Of a stretch of DNA of 64,000 nucleotides, positions 59,268 through 64,000 are shown in pieces. The notes under the pieces are model-generated. The model was not told the origin of the DNA. It did not search any database and was given only the letters and a program-made list of their open reading frames with translations. The DNA lies in NCBI GenBank assembly GCA_021823625.1, contig JAKANS010000006.1, positions 616 to 64,615 on the forward strand, read 5' to 3'. Source of the stretch: a bacterium (GTDB lineage Bacteria; Verrucomicrobiota; Verrucomicrobiia; Limisphaerales; J093). Each line of letters begins with the position of its first letter. Positions within the stretch are counted from its first letter, which is position 1. Made by a program: the position numbers and the translations under genes.

Positions 59268-62200
59268 TCAACTTGGGTTCTCGGCTCCGGGAGCCGGTAC
59301 GAGGCGGGCGCGGATCTCGGCCAGCAGATCCTCCGTGCGGAACGCGCCTTTCTGCAAGACCTGGCTCACCCGGCCGCTAAGCAATTGGCGGTCGGTTTCG
59401 GTGAGGTCTTTCGCCGTGAGCACGATCACCGGCAGGTCGCGCCATTCCGCGCGGGTACGCAGGTTCTCCAAGAACTCGAAGCCGTCCATTTCCGGCATGA
59501 GCAAGTCCAGCAGAATCAATCCTGGCCGGGCCTTTTCCAGGCAGGCCAGTCCGGCGCGGCCGTGCTCAGCGGTCGTGACGTGCCAGCCTTCCTTCGTCAA
59601 CTGGCGTTCCAGCAGTTCCCGCGTCGGGGCCTCGTCGTCGATCACCAACACGCTGGGCGAGGCGGCCCCGCGGCGGTGTTTCGCAAGCACGGCCGTCAGG
59701 CGTTTCCAGTCCACCGGCTTGGTCAGGTAATCCGCCGCGCCGAGCGAGAAGCCAAGGTTCCGGTCGTCCACAATGGTCATCATGATCACCGGGATGTCAG
59801 CGGTCGCCGGGTCGGCTTTGAGCCGCGAAAGGACCGTCCAGCCGTCGAAACCCGGCATGAGCACATCCAGCGTGATGGCCGCCGGCCGCAAACGCCGCGC
59901 GCGTTGCACGCCTTCCGAGCCGTTGCCGGCGGTCTCGACGCGGAACCCTTCCTTGCTGAGCGTGCGACGCATCAGATCTTGCACCGCCGGGTCGTCGTCG
60001 ATGCAGAGGATGGTGGTGGACGGCGCGCCGGCTGGCGCCAGGCCGAGGATCGGCGGCACGGCCAAGGGTTCCGCCGGGGGAGCTTGGGCCGCGGGCGCAT
60101 CGCGCGGCACGGTGACCGTGAACGTCGAGCCTCGGCCCGGTTCGCTGTGGACACTGATGTTGCCGCCCAGCATCAGGCAGAACCGGCGCGTGATGGCGAG
60201 GCCGAGACCCGTGCCGCCGAATTTGCGGGTGATGGAAAGGTCCGCCTGCTCGAAGGCCTGGAAGAGCCGCGTCACCTGGTCCGGCGCCATGCCAATGCCG
60301 GTGTCGGCGACGCTGAACCGGAGTTGCGCTCGGGAGGGCGCGGCTGACTCAGACGAGGTTGGCCGCGGACTTACGTCCGCAGCCACCGTCAACTGGATCG
60401 TCCCCTTCTCCGTGAACTTCGCCGCGTTGCTCAGGAGGTTGAAGAGCGTCTGCCGGACCTTCGTGAGATCGGACCGCATCGTGCCGAGGTCGGGCGGACA
60501 CTCGACCACGAGGCGGTTTGAATTCTTGGCCACGAGCGGTCGCACCGTGGCCGCCACGTCTTCGACCACTTTCGCCACGTCGAATTCCTCGACGAAGAGA
60601 TTCATCTTGCCCGACTCGATCTTGGACAAGTCGAGGATGTCGTTGACGAGCAGAAGCTGGTGCCGGGCGGCGGCCTGAATCTTCTTCAGGTCCGGCACGT
60701 AGGTTTGATGACCGTCCTCGACGGCCACTTCTTCGAGCATCTCGCTGTAGCCGATGATGGCGTTGAGGGGCGTGCGCAACTCGTGGCTCATGTTGGCGAG
60801 GAAGCGGGACTTGGCCTGGTTTGCCGCGTCGGCGGTTTTCTTGGCTTCCGCGAGTTGCCGACGCTGGCGTTCGATTTCCTCGTTCGCGGTTCGCAGTTGC
60901 GTGTTCGACACGGTCAATTCCGCCGCTTGTTGTTCCAACCGCTGGCTGGCGATGGCGAACGTGCGCGCAAGGTGCACGGAGGTCGCGCCGAAAAACAGCA
61001 CCACCCCAAGCTGGCTGAAGGTCATGCCACCGAAAAACGGAATCGTGAACGGCAGGGTGGAGAGCACCAGCAAGGCCCCCAGCCCGAACCCGATCACGCG
61101 GGCGCCCTCGCGCCGCGCGCGCAACGCCCGGTTGGCGATGAGAATTGTCCGGACGCCCGCCACGATTTCGACCCCGACCCCGACGGTGTGGGCCAATACC
61201 ACGATGAAGCCGGGGACGAGATGGAAGAACTGGTCCACCACGAGCACGCCAACCACGATCACCGCGGCCTGAGTCAGGCCTCGCAACCGGAGTTGGGCCT
61301 GGGGTTCGAACAGCAATTGAAACAGCCGCAGCACGAGCACCACGAGGAGCGGCATCCAATTGCGCGTGAGCTGATCCAAGCCCAGCAACGGCCAGCTCAT
61401 GGCCGCGGCCATGCCGCTGATCAGCGCGAAGTAAAGGTGGTTCCGCGAAGTCCGTTGAAACGCGAACAGCAGCGCGTGCATCAGGCAGAAGGCGATCAAA
61501 AGTCCGGCGACAAAGCCCATCCCTGACTGCCAGTCGGGCCGGAAGTGATCCACGCGCGGGCCCGAGCGATCCGGGCGTTTGAGCAACGACTCGGCCGCCG
61601 CACGCAGGTCGGGATTGTCCGCGCCCGCCGCGCGGGTCAGCAGGTCGGGAAAGCCGGGGCGCCCGCCCGCTTCGATGAATGGCGGGCCGGGCGCGATCGT
61701 GAGGGACATCCGCTCGCGCACGGTCTCGCCAGGCCGCATGTCGAGGTTCCGGTCGTCCGCGCTTTCGCCCCGCCAGGAGTACGCGCGGAAGCGGACGGTG
61801 GCGGGTGCGTTCAAACGAACGCGACACTGGAATGCGCCGTCGTCACGGCTCGCGGCCCCACCCACGCGCCGCTCGCCGGCCTGGGCAATGATGAGCGCGC
61901 CAGCCACCGGTTTGCCGCTCCGGTCCACCACTTCGCCACGGACGGTGGTCAGCCGGTCGCGAGTCGCGGGCGGTGGCAACTCCGCCGGCACGATGCGGGC
62001 GCCGTTGTGAAGTTCGACGCCGGCCACGGCGTTGGTTGCAGCAGTGCCGGCGGCGGGTTCGAAATCCGTTGCGAACACCACCCCCGGTTCGTCCGCGCGC
62101 GCGGGTTGCGCCATGTCGGCGAGGATTTGGGCGGGCGTGCGCGCGTGGTCCCAGACGCGGAAATCGTCGATGGCCGCCTTGAGCGTGGGTTCGTTATCGA

Positions 62201-62753
62201 CGGCCGTGACCGACTTGCCCAGGAAGCACTGGCCATCCGGCGCGGCGTCGGCAAAACAGCCGGTGAAGCCGTTGGTGGCCTCGAGCGGCGCGCCGTTGAA
62301 GAACAGCCGCATCCCGCCCGTGCCGCACACCGCCGCCACGTGGCACCACTCGCCACGTTCCAGCACGCCTTCCGCGTCCGCCCAATGCAACTCCGCGCCC
62401 GCGTCAACGATGACGAACCCGAGGTTGCGGTCGTTGCGGCTGCACAGGCTGACATCGTGTTTCGGCCGGCCGTAATTGAAGACGCGGCGGGTCAGGCCGA
62501 AGCCGTCCCAACGCACCCAGCATTCGATCGTGGCGTTGGTCAGCCCGCGAAACGGCGCCACCGGCAACTCGGCATAAGCGCCGCCACCCGGCAGTTCGAG
62601 GACGTGGTTCGTCCGGGTGAAGCCGGCTTCGGTCAATTCCGCGGCACCGGCAGTCTGGATGGCGAGCGAAGCCGCGCCGAGCAGGGTCGTCAGGAAAGCA
62701 ACCCAAGGCCGCGGAAACCGCGTGGCGAACCGGCGACTCATGCTGGGGCGCAT
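59268..62753 (-). CDS. Hybrid sensor histidine kinase / response regulator with extracytoplasmic LamG-like and CarboxypepD_reg-like domains, polytopic membrane region and two receiver domains
   Basis: ATG at 62753 or 62741 gives [33 protein letters not shown]. ConA/LamG-like region ([13 protein letters not shown]...DDFRVWD), about 7 hydrophobic helices, a coiled coil, the HisKA H-box [18 protein letters not shown], HATPase motifs (DTGIGM, GGTGLGL), then two D-containing receiver domains. The upstream 149 codons of the ORF are discarded. Confidence 0.85.
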   Translation of the reverse strand: MRPSMSRRFATRFPRPWVAFLTTLLGAASLAIQTAGAAELTEAGFTRTNHVLELPGGGAYAELPVAPFRGLTNATIECWVRWDGFGLTRRVFNYGRPKHDVSLCSRNDRNLGFVIVDAGAELHWADAEGVLERGEWCHVAAVCGTGGMRLFFNGAPLEATNGFTGCFADAAPDGQCFLGKSVTAVDNEPTLKAAIDDFRVWDHARTPAQILADMAQPARADEPGVVFATDFEPAAGTAATNAVAGVELHNGARIVPAELPPPATRDRLTTVRGEVVDRSGKPVAGALIIAQAGERRVGGAASRDDGAFQCRVRLNAPATVRFRAYSWRGESADDRNLDMRPGETVRERMSLTIAPGPPFIEAGGRPGFPDLLTRAAGADNPDLRAAAESLLKRPDRSGPRVDHFRPDWQSGMGFVAGLLIAFCLMHALLFAFQRTSRNHLYFALISGMAAAMSWPLLGLDQLTRNWMPLLVVLVLRLFQLLFEPQAQLRLRGLTQAAVIVVGVLVVDQFFHLVPGFIVVLAHTVGVGVEIVAGVRTILIANRALRARREGARVIGFGLGALLVLSTLPFTIPFFGGMTFSQLGVVLFFGATSVHLARTFAIASQRLEQQAAELTVSNTQLRTANEEIERQRRQLAEAKKTADAANQAKSRFLANMSHELRTPLNAIIGYSEMLEEVAVEDGHQTYVPDLKKIQAAARHQLLLVNDILDLSKIESGKMNLFVEEFDVAKVVEDVAATVRPLVAKNSNRLVVECPPDLGTMRSDLTKVRQTLFNLLSNAAKFTEKGTIQLTVAADVSPRPTSSESAAPSRAQLRFSVADTGIGMAPDQVTRLFQAFEQADLSITRKFGGTGLGLAITRRFCLMLGGNISVHSEPGRGSTFTVTVPRDAPAAQAPPAEPLAVPPILGLAPAGAPSTTILCIDDDPAVQDLMRRTLSKEGFRVETAGNGSEGVQRARRLRPAAITLDVLMPGFDGWTVLSRLKADPATADIPVIMMTIVDDRNLGFSLGAADYLTKPVDWKRLTAVLAKHRRGAASPSVLVIDDEAPTRELLERQLTKEGWHVTTAEHGRAGLACLEKARPGLILLDLLMPEMDGFEFLENLRTRAEWRDLPVIVLTAKDLTETDRQLLSGRVSQVLQKGAFRTEDLLAEIRARLVPAPGAENPS

Positions 62754-62884
62754 GATGCACGGCGGCCAGGTTGAAACAATCCCGAAGCGGCGGCCCGCCC
62801 CGGAACGCCGTTCGGCGCGCGCAGCGGAAGGCGAACTCCACTCCGCCCCCTGCCCGGCCAGCGATGGGCCGGCCAGGCGCGGAG

Positions 62885-64000
62885 CTACCGCGTGAGCGCG
62901 GTCTCCGCGACCTTCTCGACGTCGCCAAGGTCGAGGGATTCGCCGGGTTTCGGAGTGAAACTCTTTTGCGGCACCAGCGTCCAGCCACCGGAGTTTTCGC
63001 CCAACTTGCGGCGCGTGGCGATCTGGAGTTCCACCGGGGGCACGCGCTCGAACACGAACCGCCCTTCCGCGTCGGTCTTTGTGCCTTGCTGGTTCACGAA
63101 GGCGTGGTCTGGCCGGAATCCGCCGGCGAACTGGATTTCCACGTTCTCTTCCGCGACCGGCTTGCCGGCTTGGACCAGCCGGCCGGTAACCTTGGCCCAA
63201 GGTTGCAGGCGCACCTTGGCATCGGCGGCAAGGCCGGAAGCGGCAACGCGCGCAAAGCCGCCGTCGGTCACCGCGACGATTTCGCTATCGCCGAACTTGG
63301 GTGAGAACTGGAACCGGCCTTGGGCGTCCGTGTGGCCTTCGGAATCCTCACCGCGCTGCAGGCCGCGCAATCCGCCCGTGCGCGGGAGGTAGGCCTGCGC
63401 GCCGGGACCGAGGTGATAGACCGCAACGTTCGTGGCCGGCTGGCCTTCCACCGTGAGCAAAACGCCGCTCGGCCCGGTGCCGCGCTTCAGTTCGAACGTC
63501 CAGTTGGTCCGGCTGGCGTTCAGCGCCTCGGAGCGCGCTGGCAGGTAGCCGGGCGCTTCGGCTCCCAACACGACGAAGCGCTCCACCTTGCCGGCGTCCA
63601 CGCTGAACGTGCCGTCTTTTCCAGTGACCGCGCGGCTGGGCAGCCATTGCACCCAACTCGCGCGTTCGTCGAACGTCTTGCCCGGCGTCACGCGGAACTC
63701 GGCCAGCGGCTGTTTGGTGTCGGCGTCCGACGCTTGACCGGTGATGACCAGTCCGGGTTTGGTCACGCGCTTGGTTTCGATGCCACCCAGCGGCAGGTTT
63801 TGCGGGCGGTCTTCCTCCGGCTCCGGCTCGAAGCTGCCCGGACACACCTCGCCCGGTTCGAGCAGGAACACCAGGTTCGTCTTGTCGCTTTCGAGCCGGC
63901 CGGTGAGGCCGAAGCCGTTCAGGCGCTCGAAACTGGCGTTGCGCGGCGACGGCCGGTAGCCCTTCACGCGCGCGCCCAGGCTCAGCGTTTCGTTGCCGGG
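62885..64000 (-). CDS. Carboxypeptidase-regulatory-like (Ig-like beta-sandwich) repeat protein, C-terminal part; gene continues right of the window
   Basis: The frame is open to the window edge; the M at 63967 in the track is a GTG inside the frame. Repeated V-x-G-x-V...G-x-P-V-A-x-A-x-V...T-D-A-x-G-R-F-x-F units ([23 protein letters not shown]). Confidence 0.6.
   Translation of the reverse strand, partial: PGNETLSLGARVKGYRPSPRNASFERLNGFGLTGRLESDKTNLVFLLEPGEVCPGSFEPEPEEDRPQNLPLGGIETKRVTKPGLVITGQASDADTKQPLAEFRVTPGKTFDERASWVQWLPSRAVTGKDGTFSVDAGKVERFVVLGAEAPGYLPARSEALNASRTNWTFELKRGTGPSGVLLTVEGQPATNVAVYHLGPGAQAYLPRTGGLRGLQRGEDSEGHTDAQGRFQFSPKFGDSEIVAVTDGGFARVAASGLAADAKVRLQPWAKVTGRLVQAGKPVAEENVEIQFAGGFRPDHAFVNQQGTKTDAEGRFVFERVPPVELQIATRRKLGENSGGWTLVPQKSFTPKPGESLDLGDVEKVAETALTR

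Noticed and set aside
59268-63200. N-terminal extensions of many track ORFs, e.g. 149 extra codons on the histidine kinase, 118 on PSD1, 139 on the TldD-like gene and 137 on dus
   Set aside because: The extensions are Arg/Pro/Gly-rich, overlap upstream genes or intergenic DNA, and precede an internal ATG/GTG that is followed directly by a signal peptide or a conserved N-terminus.

Overview
High-GC chromosomal window. Its gene content suggests the PVC superphylum, most likely Verrucomicrobiota: TAT-signal Gfo/Idh/MocA oxidoreductases, a PSD1/DUF1549/DUF1553 plus DUF1501 pair, an RCC1-repeat protein and secreted TldD/PmbA pairs. This placement is an inference. Most of the window is ordinary housekeeping: metF, nuoABCD, gcvT, dus, hemL, the secG-tpiA-pgk cluster, sucAB and amtB-glnK. 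Two accessory regions stand out. (1) 38.6-43.4 kb, between sucA and a GH78-like gene, is a cassette-like array. It holds three toxin-antitoxin modules (a DUF433 gene with a frameshifted DUF5615 gene, HigB/HigA-like, and ParE with its antitoxin). It also holds an AT-richer restriction-modification cassette: a ribbon-helix-helix (RHH) protein, a DPPY methyltransferase and a convergent putative endonuclease. The blocks are separated by same-orientation copies of a roughly 150-nt GC-rich repeat. The endonuclease ORF is fused in frame to the 3' end of the glycosidase, with no stop codon between them. (2) 53.5-58.6 kb is a decayed mobile-element graveyard beside tRNA-Thr(CGU). It contains integrase N-terminal relics on both sides of the tRNA, an IS3 OrfA stub, a frameshifted IS66 transposase and a frameshifted ISKra4-like transposase. 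Each of these two unrelated transposases sits directly downstream of its own DUF4338 (DruA-like) gene, and the two units lie head to head. No rRNA, CRISPR array or recognisable riboswitch was seen. Many long ORFs in the track are GC-driven antisense artefacts.
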